From: Lingula anatina
Taxonomy: Eukaryota > Animalia > Brachiopoda
Length of the DNA stretch: 64,000 nucleotides
Direction of reading: 5' to 3'
NCBI GenBank assembly: GCA_051362555.1
Contig: CM120641.1
Coordinates: forward strand, 44,708,401-44,772,400
Part shown: piece after piece, positions 25,166 through 37,203 of the stretch
Position numbering within the stretch: the first letter of the stretch is position 1
Layout of the letters: each line of letters begins with the position of its first letter
Program-made: the position numbers and the translations under genes
Notes under the pieces: model-generated
Told to the model about the DNA's origin: nothing
The model's input: the letters and a program-made list of their open reading frames with translations, nothing else
Databases searched by the model: none

Positions 25166-25438
25166 TCATTCCTGTTCTGTTGTTTTTGCCAATATTTCTT
25201 CAGATAGAACACTGTGTTCCGTAGGAAGATATATTGGCAAAAACAAGTCTGATCTATAGATATCCTTATGTATTAGTTTCATGTGGCTTATAGCCTTGTT
25301 TTTTCTTGCAAAAAGTTTCTTGCAAATTGGGCACTTAAACCTCCTTCCTTCGTGAACTTCTTGCATGTGACGATTCAGTCTGTGTTTGACAACCTTGAGA
25401 CAATATGGGCAAGTTCCACCTTCGCGGGTGTCAATACG
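25166..25438 (-). CDS. Alternative terminal exon V21, two C2H2 fingers
   Basis: ttctccaaag|CGT phase 0; RIDTREGGTCPYCLKVVKHRLNRHMQEVHEGRRFKCPIC...SHMKLIH...*. Confidence 0.86.
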   Translation of the reverse strand, partial: RIDTREGGTCPYCLKVVKHRLNRHMQEVHEGRRFKCPICKKLFARKNKAISHMKLIHKDIYRSDLFLPIYLPTEHSVLSEEILAKTTEQE

Positions 25439-26112
25439 CTTTGGAGAAAAATTGAAGAAACCTACATTTCAGTATTCACATAGCTATTTAAAATATAGTT
25501 AACTAAAAATTTGAAAGCCTGAATTTCTGACTTCTCAAATGTATTCAATAAACTGGGAAAACATGAGTCTTATCCACAAAGTCGTCAGTCTATTTTGCTC
25601 ACAGAAGGATTGTGGTTCACTGACAGTCACTAGAGGGTTTCTCATAGAACTAGTATGTGAAATTGAATTCATAATACATGTGGTTCAAAATCAAGCATAT
25701 CTGACAGGGCACAGTATGTCTGGCTTTTCATATGTCCCTAGGTCATGTGTTTCTTGTGACTTAGCTTTGCAAAGCCATCTGGTTGTATTTTACAAGAATA
25801 AAGTTTCTGGGTCTATAACTAAACTTACTAGTTTGAGGAAGCAATAATGCAAAGAAATTGTGTTTCCCTCCTCCTTGTTCCCCCCCCCCCCCCCCCCAGA
25901 AACTTTAGTCCTGTGTCAATTTTGCAACAATACTGAGAAGAGTTCAAAGTGGACATCAAACTCTGCATGAGATGGAATCATTACAAAATCTTTAACTAAA
26001 ACAATTGGTCTATCAATAGGTTCAAAAACTTCAATCCTGTTCAGTATGAAGATATATGTTGGCAAAAACAAGTCTGATCTTTGGATATTCTTATACACCA
26101 GTTTTAAATGAC

Positions 26113-26265
26113 TTAGAGCATTGTGTTTTCTTGCAACAAGTTCCCTGCAAGCAGGGCACTCCTCCTCTTCCTCCCTTCATGAACTTCTTGCATGTGACGA
26201 TTCAGCCTGTGTTTGACAACCTTGAAACAATATGGGCAAGTTCCACCTTTACGGGAGTCAGTGCG
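26113..26265 (-). CDS. Alternative terminal exon V20, one intact finger, second finger frameshifted (possible pseudo-exon)
   Basis: ttctccaaag|CGC phase 0; RTDSRKGGTCPYCFKVVKHRLNRHMQEVHEGRKRRS...*; CPAC...SHLKLVY continues in another frame to ~26050. Confidence 0.68.
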   Translation of the reverse strand, partial: RTDSRKGGTCPYCFKVVKHRLNRHMQEVHEGRKRRSALLAGNLLQENTML

Positions 26266-26528
26266 CTTTGGAGAAAAATTGAAAAAAAAACAACAACAAC
26301 AACTAAATTTCAGTTTACACATGGCTATTTAAAATAAGGTTTATTTAAAAAATGAAGGAAATTTGAATTTCTGACTTCTCAAATGTATTCAATGATACAG
26401 AATACTGTAGGTCTTATCCACAAAGTCGTCAGTCTATTTTGCTCACAGAAGGATTGTGATTCACTGACAGTCACTAAAGTGTTTCTCATAGAAATCTGTG
26501 TTTATAAACCATTTGTCATGAAAAATGG

Positions 26529-26765
26529 TCATGATGAGTGAAAAACAGCCACAAGACTTTCAGGGTCCTCCTTTCTCTCGTGTTTCTCTTTCAAGTGCTT
26601 GACCAAGTTGTATTTTCTAGTAAAAGTTGTGCTGCAGATTGGACATGGGAATCTTTGACCTGCATGGACCTCACGTACGTGACGCAACATTTCGTTGGGA
26701 TGGCAGAACTGTTTGTTGCAGTAGAGGCAATATCTTGACCTCTCAAGAGACAGGCTGCCAAGTAC
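26529..26765 (-). CDS. Alternative terminal exon V19, two C2H2 fingers (absent from ORF track)
   Basis: tctccttggaag|GTA phase 0 (weak acceptor); VLGSLSLERSRYCLYCNKQFCHPNEMLRHVREVHAGQRFPCPIC...HLKEKH...*. Confidence 0.82.
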   Translation of the reverse strand, partial: VLGSLSLERSRYCLYCNKQFCHPNEMLRHVREVHAGQRFPCPICSTTFTRKYNLVKHLKEKHERKEDPESLVAVFHSS

Positions 26766-27206
26766 CTTCCAAGGAGATAAAATATGCTAAGTTTAAATCT
26801 TCTTTGGGTTAAAAATTAATTTGGTTGGGCATTGATATTGACAGGTTTTTATAACAGTTTGTTCTGACTGACAAGCATATACTAGCTGTTATTTTACCAT
26901 CAGTAAGCAACATCATAGTGAAAGTTGGTAGGATTTCAAATGGTTCACAAGTGTCTCAAAACCTTCACAATCCAACATTTCAGTTGTATGCATTTGAAAT
27001 AAATGCAATTTGTTTAACACTGTTTGAAATTTGTTTCTAAAACTGATGTTCATTATCAAGTTTGTCATTATAAAGTGAGATTCATAACAGATAATGAGGT
27101 AAAAAAACTAAGATTACATACTTAATATATTTTTATCACCTAAAGCATCTGTCTAAAAATCTTTATTTACTAAAAAGAGTGATGGCTGCGGCCCCTTTCT
27201 CCAGTC

Positions 27207-27380
27207 CTAATGTTTTGTTTTTATATGATTCACGACATAACTTTTTCTGCGGAACGACTTATTGCAAAGTGGACACTGTATTTTCTGTCCACTGTGCACT
27301 TCTTTCACATGGCGAGAGACATCATACCAACGATTAAAAGTTTTGTTGCAATATGGACACCTTCCCGGTACCTTGGATGC
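27207..27380 (-). CDS. Alternative terminal exon V18, two C2H2 fingers
   Basis: tcttgcag|GCA phase 0; ASKVPGRCPYCNKTFNRWYDVSRHVKEVHSGQKIQCPLC...HIKTKH*. Confidence 0.88.
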   Translation of the reverse strand, partial: ASKVPGRCPYCNKTFNRWYDVSRHVKEVHSGQKIQCPLCNKSFRRKSYVVNHIKTKH

Positions 27381-28787
27381 CTGCAAGAAAGCAAAGAAAA
27401 CACTGGCTTTCAACCTGTCCAACAAGCCTGTCAAACATCCATTTGAGACAAAACCAGGTCTCTTGCAACAAAACTGATGCCATATCAATCTAGACCAGTA
27501 TAAAACAATTACTCCGAATTAAAAAGCATATACCTATAAAAAGTGATGATTGGCATTCAGTGGCTCCAGTTTCCACATTTTTTTCCTTACAAAATACAAA
27601 GAAGCTCTTGTTCACTGATATCACATTTTCAGGAGCACTGTGGAAACTTAAAGATAAATGGCAGTAGAAGTCATGGCAATTTTTCAAAATTGCAAATGAA
27701 TTATTATTAATAAGTTCATATTTGAATAATGCATCATAAAATAATCAAATTACATTTACAGACAGAGTGTGGAAGCTACTGCATTAATCTTTAGGTTGGT
27801 TTCGAATGTGCTGCATTTATCTAGTGATTCTCATTTTCATATCTAACATGAAACCATGGAAAAACAGGACCAAAGAGCCATATGCTATGCGGAATTCAAG
27901 AGGCACCACATCCCTCCAAGAGCCAAAAGTCGGTGTTTTTTAACACATTGAATGTATATTAAATAAAAACAAGATTAAAAAATATACAAAAGGATCAAAA
28001 TACAAAAGAAAAAGAGAACAAAAACAAAGAGAATTTATTCATATGCAAAAAATGTAGGCATTTATATATTCTAGATGTTTCATTTGGCTCTCCACTCTAT
28101 ACTTAAATTAATTACATTTATGACAAAAAGTGCTTTTTCCAAATGTCATATCTAGATGATCATTTTTAATTTTTAAGATGCTCAAATATGACTTTATGCC
28201 TCCATCACAAATATACCCACAGACATTTACACTATCATCCATGCCAATCAAATAACCTACACAGGATATTGGTTGTTTAACATTTGGCCAATCAAAGCCT
28301 CTTTTATTAGACAGCCCCACTAATGAACTGTCTCCAAAATATATTTGACATTGTAACTCATAAATACCAGTATCAAATATCATGACCTTAGAAATTAAAG
28401 TAGATATCAAATATTCAGTGAGACAAATTATCCGAAATATAATCAGTCAACATCAGTTATTATCAGTTACAAAACAATTCTGTGCACATTTCATTTGTGT
28501 GGTTGCAAAGAAGCCACAATGTAAGTTGTGCTCTCTGGGCACTGAAGTAAAAAAGAAAGGAATTAAAGGCTGACATTCTGAGCCAAAACTGACCAGACTG
28601 AACAACATGCTTTAATGTAAGTTTTAAAAGCTCTAGTTTTCTGTCTTAGTCTTTTTATTGTTACTGAACATTTTGGTATGGTAGATAAGCTATGGTGGGC
28701 TATATAGCCTGCTCTCTTTTGAGGAAGAGGGGTGGTGGTACAATCTTTTCCTTACATCAAGTGAGCCGTAGAACGGGGAGTGGAGCT

Positions 28788-29039
28788 CTAAATATTGCAA
28801 TCCTCCATTAGAGAATTTTTGACTAAAAGTACATGCTTTTCCCAATCGTCAGACGTGGAGTTAACAGAATGATCGCTTTTAAGATGCTCATATACAGCTT
28901 TTAATCGTGACAGTTTTCTCTTGCAGTATTTACATTCATATCGCCGCTTCATGTGCACTTCTCTCATGTGACGAATGCAAGAATGTCTGTTTGAGAAGGC
29001 TTTCTTGCAAAGTTCACACCAGTTTGTTTCACCAGGTAT
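28788..29039 (-). CDS. Alternative terminal exon V17, two C2H2 fingers
   Basis: ttttgcag|ATA phase 0; IPGETNWCELCKKAFSNRHSCIRHMREVHMKRRYECKYC...HLKSDH...*. Confidence 0.88.
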   Translation of the reverse strand: MPGETNWCELCKKAFSNRHSCIRHMREVHMKRRYECKYCKRKLSRLKAVYEHLKSDHSVNSTSDDWEKHVLLVKNSLMEDCNI

Positions 29040-29598
29040 CTGCAAAATACACATGGGTTTAACCAAGTGAATGGTCAAGAGTCCTGATGCATGTTGGCGA
29101 AATTAATTTATTAAAATGGATCTGTAGGTGCTCAGAGGTTGTCTAATTATACTGTTATACAATTAGGCCACATAACTGGACAGCTGTCTTTTGGATTAGC
29201 AATTTTAATTTTGTTGTGCTATCTATTCAGGTTTTTATCATTGGGACAAACCTAAATATCCTGTAATGCTATTGAAATTTATTTCGACTCACAATTTTTT
29301 AAAATCCTGCTTAAAACCATAAAATGTTATATTTTATACATGCAACTATAAAACATACCATTGTATACATACATAAACATATAAAAAACTTCTTACAACA
29401 TGGTTCATAATGGGAGTGCTACTTAAAATATCATTATCAAAAAACTAGTCAGTGATTTCACCATCCCATTCTATGACTTGCAAATGTTGCCGTTTTCTAC
29501 AAAGCAATAGTTCCAGACAGTAACTTGACCATCTGCTTGCCTAAATTGTTCTCATGTAATCCTTCTTTTTTTTGAGATTTTATATTGTTATTTTTCTA

Positions 29599-29841
29599 CT
29601 AATTATTTGTCCCAGATGTAAATTTGATAATGTGTTTTGCAATTTGTTTTCTTCCTGGGTTCACCCTTATTTGGTGCTTTTCCTGCAAGTGGTGCCTCAT
29701 GTAGGCAATACGTTTTGCATTATGTTGGCAGTAAGCACAGCGAAAACGCTGTGCCTCGTGACTTTCTCGTTGATGGCGGCGTAGATTAGCCCTATTATTA
29801 AATTCCTTGTCACATCTATTACAGGAGAAATCTTCTTTGTT
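29599..29841 (-). CDS. Alternative terminal exon V16, two C2H2 fingers (absent from ORF track)
   Basis: ctttttag|AAC phase 0; NKEDFSCNRCDKEFNNRANLRRHQRESHEAQRFRCAYCQHNAKRIAYMRHHLQEKH...*. Confidence 0.88.
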   Translation of the reverse strand, partial: NKEDFSCNRCDKEFNNRANLRRHQRESHEAQRFRCAYCQHNAKRIAYMRHHLQEKHQIRVNPGRKQIAKHIIKFTSGTNN

Positions 29842-30622
29842 CTAAAAAGGAGAAAACAGTTGGAAAAATTGATACTTATATACACAATAAATGGTGATTT
29901 TCTCTTTACGAATACTCATGCCAGTTTTGTTCATATTTTAGCTTGACAAAGAGGTATTTTGAATAAGTACACTTTATATGGTTTTCTTTTTAAGATTTAC
30001 AAATGAAGAAATTGGCAAATTTTTCAAATTCTAGATTAGGAAACAGGTATTTGAACAATAATCAGGAAGAAAAATACCGATTTCCAATAATAATTGCTGC
30101 ACATTTTTTTAATAGACTCCATATAAATGTTGATATACATAACCATAATTCCAACTATGAAAATATGATAAGGATTTTCTTCATTACAGTGAAAAAATCC
30201 CTTTCATCATCACTGACATAGGAGAATACTTCATAAACATACAAAATTTCATTATTCAAAACACAAGCAGGTACAGTCTGTGAGAGCTAAGTAACTTTTT
30301 GTTACTAAAAAAAGAACAAAGAAAAAGAAAAGAAATGTATGATTGTTAAAAAAGAACATATACCAACTGTATTTCCAGAAAAGTTGGGGATGAGATAAAC
30401 AATACAGCTGTGTTCAAAAACGTACATGATATATTTCATCATGGAAATTTGGCCAGGTAAGCCAGTCTAGGTTGTTTCACTGAGTTTACTACAAGACAAT
30501 TTCACCCATCAAATTTTAGTCACAGGTGAATTCATTACAGTAAACTTGTTAAACCAAGTTCACAACATATCAACTTGTGTTTATAGAAAGTAATTCTGAA
30601 AATTAACTTTAAGAAGTGAATA

Positions 30623-31072
30623 TCAACTATGATCATCTGACATATGAGCCTGCAGGGCTTCAATGGAGGAATATATCTCTGGGCATTTGGTACAAGGCAT
30701 CGGCTTCTTGCAGTGGACCTTAGTAATGTGGCGTCGCAGAGCTTCTCTCCTCCTGAACCCTTGGTCACAATCATGACACGTGTGACGCTGAACATTGGAA
30801 TGATAGTCTAAATGTTCCTGATACAACTGACGAATAACAAACCTCTTCCCACAATGCTCACATTCGTAATTCCCTTGCGCTCCATGCGCCGAAGAAAGGT
30901 GGTAGCGCAGTCCAAATTTACTGTCAAACGGTTTGGCACACACATTGCATCGATGTGCAAATTGTATCTGATTGGAGTTGTCCCCATGAAATGATATTAT
31001 GTGACGTTTTACATGGGCAATTCTATCTGCACTAAATTGGCAGTGTGGGCATTTTCTTCTGTTAAAGGCAAC
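30623..31072 (-). CDS. Alternative terminal exon V15, five C2H2 fingers
   Basis: tttgttag|GTT phase 0; VAFNRRKCPHCQFSADRIAHVKRHIISFH...CNVC...CEHC...CHDC...CTKC...AHMSDDHS*. Confidence 0.9.
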   Translation of the reverse strand, partial: VAFNRRKCPHCQFSADRIAHVKRHIISFHGDNSNQIQFAHRCNVCAKPFDSKFGLRYHLSSAHGAQGNYECEHCGKRFVIRQLYQEHLDYHSNVQRHTCHDCDQGFRRREALRRHITKVHCKKPMPCTKCPEIYSSIEALQAHMSDDHS

Positions 31073-31351
31073 CTAACAAAGAAAATAACACTTTTTTTGC
31101 CGGCAAACCTAACATCAATGAAATTCTCTGTTCACAGTTATCACAGGCCCAAGCCAACCTATTTTATCAGCCTTGTGTGCTGGTTGTATGCATGGGTTGA
31201 TAAACAGTGGTTTGAAAAAGAGGTTTAAAATGTCGACTGATGCAAGTGTTACGCGACTTTCACAATAAACCACAAACTAAAAATTGGAAGTCATAGATCT
31301 GTTACACTTTTCAGAAGTCAAAGATCTGTTACACTTTTCAAGATAGAGGTT

Positions 31352-31359
31352 TACACACA

Positions 31360-31399
<40 letters not shown>
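31352..31399. repeat. (CA)n microsatellite
   Basis: About 23 near-perfect AC units. Confidence 0.9.
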
Positions 31400-31400
<1 letters not shown>

Positions 31401-31917
31401 CTAAATTTATAACAGGGCAGCTGTCATAGAAGTGGATTATTGTACATCATATTATATGGCTGTTTACAATAACGTTTCCCAGCTGGATTTTAATTTGACT
31501 GTGCCTAAAACCAATAAGTTTACACATAATTTAAATCTTTACAGAATTCATCTCAATCTTTTTCTTTGAACTCCATGTCTAGACCAAAGCAGCAGCTGCA
31601 GTTGTATTTATAAACATGAATAGTTTTATTAGCAAAACTCTATTACAAACATTAATATGTAGGAAAATATCTCCTGCTGGTTAAAAAATAGCAGTTTTAA
31701 AGTAGCTTACAGAACTTACAAGTCTACGAATGGCAAAATAGAATAATTTTAAACAGGTTGTATAGTCTTAATGCTCCATGGCTCATAGCAAATGTGTGTA
31801 AGCAAAAATGAACAGAACAAAACTCTTTGCACTGTTTTCTTTGTATCTGAACAGCCATGAATGGGTAAAAAACTAGAACAAGTTCTCTCTTTCTGATCCA
31901 TATGAAAACTGTCCAAT

Positions 31918-32133
31918 TTATCTTCTAAGTAACAAAGAATTGATATACAAACACTTTTGTTGGTGAACTTTTAGAACATCTTTACGAGAAAAATGTTTGC
32001 CACACCCATTACAATCAAAAGTTAACTTTTTGTGGATGTTCATGTGGCGAAGAAAATGTTGTCTGCGTAGAAAACTTTTAGGACACAATGGGCACTGAAC
32101 CCTCCCTGATGACTGTGTTTTCTGTCCAATATC
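31918..32133 (-). CDS. Alternative terminal exon V14, C2H2 + C2HC fingers (absent from ORF track)
   Basis: gtttgtag|GAT phase 0; DIGQKTQSSGRVQCPLCPKSFLRRQHFLRHMNIHKKLTFDCNGCGKHFSRKDVLKVHQQKC...*. Confidence 0.88.
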   Translation of the reverse strand, partial: DIGQKTQSSGRVQCPLCPKSFLRRQHFLRHMNIHKKLTFDCNGCGKHFSRKDVLKVHQQKCLYINSLLLRR

Positions 32134-32299
32134 CTACAAACAACAAAAGAACCTTTATTTGTTTTAATGTAGCTGTTCTGCCCTTTTCAGGGCCACAGAA
32201 TTAAAACTAACCAAAGCACTCACAGATATGTCACTTGGCCAATTAGCTCCAAAATTATTTTTAAATTTGAAACTTTTATGTTCCTATAAACTTCTGTTA

Positions 32300-32506
32300 T
32301 CAGCAGTTGTGACTTAACAACTTGTGTCTCTTTAAAGAATCCTTCCTCAGGTAAGCTTTCCCACAGACATCACAATCAAATACTGGTGTGTCCTTTTTAT
32401 GATAGTGCATTAAATGGCGAGAGAGTCCACAAGCCTGGGCATATTTTTTCGGACACTGGCGACAGCAGTACCACCCGTCAGCAGACATAAATTGACTTAA
32501 AGAAAC
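32300..32506 (-). CDS. Alternative terminal exon V13, two C2H2 fingers
   Basis: ctgcattag|GTT phase 0; VSLSQFMSADGWYCCRQCPKKYAQACGLSRHLMHYH...CDVC...HKLLSHNC*. Confidence 0.87.
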   Translation of the reverse strand, partial: VSLSQFMSADGWYCCRQCPKKYAQACGLSRHLMHYHKKDTPVFDCDVCGKAYLRKDSLKRHKLLSHNC

Positions 32507-33729
32507 CTAATGCAGGATAAAAAAAAGTTGTAAGAGACTCATTTATGATTAGATTTTTGTTATTGGTATATCTATATTTGTCATAGGATTTCCAGCAAGT
32601 CACCTAGAAAATAGCTCTATTAATAGTCAATTTTTCAGCATTGCGGATAAAAAGATACTTATTAAAATAGTAATTTATTAACATTTCAGAAGATACTTTT
32701 TTTAAAAAAATACATTTTGACTCTTTGTCCAAGGTTTAAAGCACCCTTAATAGCTGTCTAAGCTGCTTTTGAAAATGAACAGTGTAGCTAAAAAACTAAT
32801 GAACCCAGCTTAACTTTCTGGAATCCACACATACATGCCAGGCTGGTGCCACAAAAGCTTTAAATTATACAGCTTTTTTTTTAAATTGGGCCATTCCTTT
32901 TTTCCTCAATCTTTCAATTTTTTTTATTTAACTGTAAGATATTTGTTGGATTCACTTCTCTCCTCCCAGCCCCCTCAAAAAAGAAAAAAAATCCTTAACA
33001 TCTGTTTTGCTAATGTTCATCGTCACTTCATAGTTCTCTTGCCATGAGTTAAATCAATACATTGTGCTTTTCAGGTATATTTCTTCAAGTGCCCCTTATA
33101 CAATCTAATTGAGGTAATTTTTCTGTAAATGTTACGTGATATGATACACTGGAGATAGTATGCAAGAAAATCTTTCACAAGGTTCGAGAAAACAAGACAA
33201 TAATCTCAAGCAAAACTTACATATGTCAACAACAACAATAGTAAAAATCTACAAGATCATATGCCATCAAGTAAATTAGACAAATACAACAGTTCATTGA
33301 ATAGGAATCGCTGGTGGTTCAAGTCTTTAATATTGTCTTAAATTTCTTTAAAATACAGTGACCAAAAATTATTTCTTTAAATAGCAATTGTCTGAGAAAA
33401 AAGTTATAATGATAATACCTGTCTATTTCAAAATATGAAAAATAAAAATAATGATAACAGTTGGGTCCACAAAAACTCAAACCATTCTATGTTGAAACCT
33501 CATGTAGCTTTCTTGAGACAATATCATTATTAAGACCATAGCTATCTCCTAACCATGATTCTATAATATTGCATAATGCCATTTAAATTAAATTTTAATA
33601 TTAGCCCCAGACTTTGGCTGTAATGTACCCATCTCTAGACTTGGATTGCAGAAATGTTTGCCTCCCTGATCAGTGCTGCCAAAGTTTTGCCATTTCTGCT
33701 TCAGATAGAGTGAATCCAAAGGAATACAT

Positions 33730-33957
33730 TTATTCAACTGCAGTTGACTTATCATCAGTGTGTATTGAGGCCAACTCTCCTGTTTTATGAATCATAGTTA
33801 TGTGACGTTTAAGGTTATAGTTTCGATTTGACTGATAATGGCAATGTGGGCATTTCAATTTCTTCGGAGTCTTTAACTGCAAATGCCGAGTGGAATCTTC
33901 ATCTTTAAACTGCGTCCTATGCAGAGGTAGGGAACAGTGAACAAAGGGTATGGGAGT
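33730..33957 (-). CDS. Alternative terminal exon V12, single C2H2 finger (absent from ORF track)
   Basis: ttgtttag|ACT phase 0 (further in-frame CAG acceptors lie internally); ...KKLKCPHCHYQSNRNYNLKRHITMIH...*. Confidence 0.82.
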   Translation of the reverse strand, partial: TPIPFVHCSLPLHRTQFKDEDSTRHLQLKTPKKLKCPHCHYQSNRNYNLKRHITMIHKTGELASIHTDDKSTAVE

Positions 33958-34619
33958 CTAAACAAACGAATAGAAAAAAATCTTCACTGAAAACATCTTA
34001 TGACAACTGTATGACTACTTACTATTAAGATTTTGGAATATGCCTTCATGTAAGTCTTGTCACTGGTGCATAAGTAAATTTTCTATTCCGAGTAAAAACA
34101 TCACTGTATTATGAACCTAACTGTGTGTTACACAGAAGCATAATTAAATAAATAAATAAATAAATAAATAAATTAGTTTCCAAAAGTAGATTGATCTGGA
34201 ATTAATTGTATCTCCTTTTACATTCTATCACATTTGTAGATGACTTGATACTGGGGCTATCACTTTCAAATGAGGTCACAAGGATAAAATGTTTTATTGA
34301 TCAACTTCTTCTCATAAAACATTTCTTTTTATAGATCTAACTGTTATAAAAACATCATTATACGAATTAAACACCTCAATAGCTATTGACTTCTTAAATA
34401 CTACTGCTGCTAAAAAGGTAGAGTACCTATAATAAAAAGGATGCTTAGGTCACAAAGCATATTTTCAATTTAGCTACAAACTTTGATATCTACTGTACCT
34501 AATTTTTTAAAAATAAAATTTAAAATTTTTGATAATCAAATGTATGTGACAAAGCTCTTCTGCCCTTTCAAACAGGCCCCTTATTCCATAAACTCAGACA
34601 ACCTGCTGCCACTTCTAGT

Positions 34620-34769
34620 TCATTTGACTTCAACATTGTGCATCCTCTTAATGTGTCCTTTCAGATTATAGTTTCTATTTGATGAGTATTGACAGAATGG
34701 GCATTTCAGATAATGTTTAACACCCTTTAACTCTGCCTTGTTTTCTCCTGCTTTCATCTTACTGGCTGC
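34620..34769 (-). CDS. Alternative terminal exon V11, single C2H2 finger (absent from ORF track)
   Basis: ttctgtag|GCA phase 0; AASKMKAGENKAELKGVKHYLKCPFCQYSSNRNYNLKGHIKRMHNVEVK*. Confidence 0.85.
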   Translation of the reverse strand, partial: AASKMKAGENKAELKGVKHYLKCPFCQYSSNRNYNLKGHIKRMHNVEVK

Positions 34770-35263
34770 CTACAGAAGAGAAGGATTTCATCTTAAAAAG
34801 ACATCAACAGAATCTTAAGAGTATCTTAAAAGATCTGAAGCTTCCATTTTATTTTACAACTCAGCTCACAGGTAGGTTTCCAGACAGGTGCTACAAATGG
34901 TTTCCACTACACTTCATTGTATATATAAATGACTAAAGGCCAGACATCTCCTATAGTCTGCATTGTAGAAAGCATTCCTAACATTTCGTTTTATTATTCT
35001 TTATTCCAAGAAAACATTGTATAATTAGGACAGTGTACATGTATGTAATATCTTTTCAGAAAGATGTTGACTTCATTTTTGCCCCTCTGTATTTGACTTA
35101 TAACTCTCCTGTATTGGATGAATCTTCAGTATAGAAGTTTATGAACTTATTAGTTAACTCAAATCAGTACTGCATATTTTGCAAGAAATTCATTTATTTG
35201 CTGACAAGGGAAAACTATTCAGCCCAGAAATCAAATATGGCTACTTGTAGGTCCATCTATACT

Positions 35264-35582
35264 CAGGCCTACCCAACTACCAGACTCGGCACCGAATGAT
35301 CCTGAATTCACCGGTAGATCAGACCACACTACCCATTTTCAAGGAGTGTGTCGGATCGCATTACACAGGATCAATCCCTGAACAAATTTTGAGTGGTGAT
35401 GCAATGCTTTTCAACCCCGCTGAGAATCGTCACTATCACATCGCGTACTAGGCAAGATGACGCGGTGTCGCGTCTGATACTGTGTAATGCGATCTGACAC
35501 ACCTTCAAAACGGGTAGTGTGGTCTGATATACCGGTGAATTCAGGATCATTCGGTGCTGAGTCTGGTAGTTGGGTAGGCCTG
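35264..35582. mobile_element. MITE with ~105-bp TIRs
   Basis: CAGGCCTACCCAACTACCAGACTC...CGCATTACACAG inverted at CTGTGTAATGCG...GAGTCTGGTAGTTGGGTAGGCCTG. Confidence 0.8.
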
Positions 35583-35584
35583 TA

Positions 35585-36433
35585 TACTGAACAAAAATAT
35601 AAACGCACAAAACTAAAATGGTCAGTTGAAATGGATAATCATGAAATATGCCCAGGTTGATGGTTTATTTGTGAACTGATGGATTTGTTTTGATCAATTA
35701 TAGTGGTCTGGTTTCACTTGGCCGCTCCCCGTGAGTATACTCAAAGGTTCAGTTTTTACACCCATAAGACTAATGGAGCATGAGGGAATAGAGGTCAATC
35801 TGCAAGACCAATACACAGACACTCTCTGCCGTCTAGGCAATAAAAGGACACACCAAAATGTGTATTTCTGCCACTTGTCAACATGCCACAGATGTCTGGA
35901 ACCATGAGGGAGCATGCCATCAGCATGCTCAATGCTGGCTTGTCAGTAACAGAAGTTGCAGCATGCCTGAATGTGCATCATTCCACTGTCAGCCGTCTGG
36001 GAACGTCTGGGAACGCGCTTCAGAGACACTGGTAGCATTAGGAACCACCCTCATGCACCATGTCGCCCAACAAACACCTGTGGAATTCAGCCATCATGTT
36101 CCAGCTCTGGAGAATGTTTGCCAACTGCGAGTAGCACTCCAGGAGGAATGGGATAATATCCTTTAGGCCTCTACTGACAACTTAGTGATGTCCATGCACC
36201 GCTGGTGTACTGCTCTGCACAAATTTAATGGCATCTGTGAACTCAGGATGTTGACCCCCATGGTGTATTTGATGCCCTAACTCTTGGACTATGCATTTAA
36301 ACTTCCCCTAATGCTATCAAAGTGATGTCTATTTGTCGAGAAAAATATGCTGTTATTTTTGGCTATATACTCTAGTTCCATATATGAAAATAAATCTACA
36401 TATTCTTTCGTGCGTTTATATTTTTGTTCAGTA
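35585..36433 (+). mobile_element. Internally deleted Tc1/mariner element
   Basis: TIR TACTGAACAAAAATATAAACGCA at both ends, flanked by TA; remnants of a Tc1 HTH region (AISMLNAGLS..EVA...HSTVSRL..RFRDTGS) and C-terminus (LRVALQEEWDNI); DDE core missing. Confidence 0.85.
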
Positions 36434-37203
36434 TAATTTTTCACCATAGCCTTCAAAAACTAGCCTATTGCATAACAACATATATTCTGACTTGTTTAAG
36501 TGAAATTTTAACCATCTGGAGAAAAAAGTGATGAAAAGAAAGTGATTTGCCCGAGCAAAAAAAATTCTATCTCTATCTCAGTCTCTACTTGGGCCACAGA
36601 TTGATTTTTCCCCAGATACTCATAATTATGTCTCTGGTTAATTCTATGCTCTTCCCTGTACTGTGAGTCCATAGATGAACTATGTATGTATTGGATTGAT
36701 GTTATCACTTTGCTGGCCTCTGGTACACTCTATACTGTAAATCTCACGGTGAGTGTTCTTAATATATAAAACCCACTATAGCCACCAAGTTTACAACATA
36801 AAAATTATCCACTTCCAGACCATGCGACTCTTTTCTACAGGTACTGATTGAATACTCCCCAATAAGGAGAGGAATTTTTAATAATTTGAACTATACACAA
36901 TTTACATGCTTAAGTCTCAATTTCAATATTGTATTTTTTTTTTTTTTTTTTTTGTAGTAGTAGTAGTAGTAGTAGATATTTTTGAAAAAGATCCTTTCAG
37001 CTTCAAAGCGTGTTTTAACTGAGTATTTGACAGCAAACTAATTTTTTGTTCATATCATAATCAATCCAGAAGTCCAACATGGTTAGATGTAGATTGATCT
37101 AATACTGTATCATGTATATAATCTGACCACATAACATATGTATTTTCCAATCTTGTCTTCCATGTACTCCTGTTCTTCTTCAAAACAGATTGTGATCGAA
37201 AAG

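Noticed and set aside
28108-28410. 100-aa minus-strand ORF
   Set aside because: No finger pattern or recognisable domain, and no convincing acceptor.
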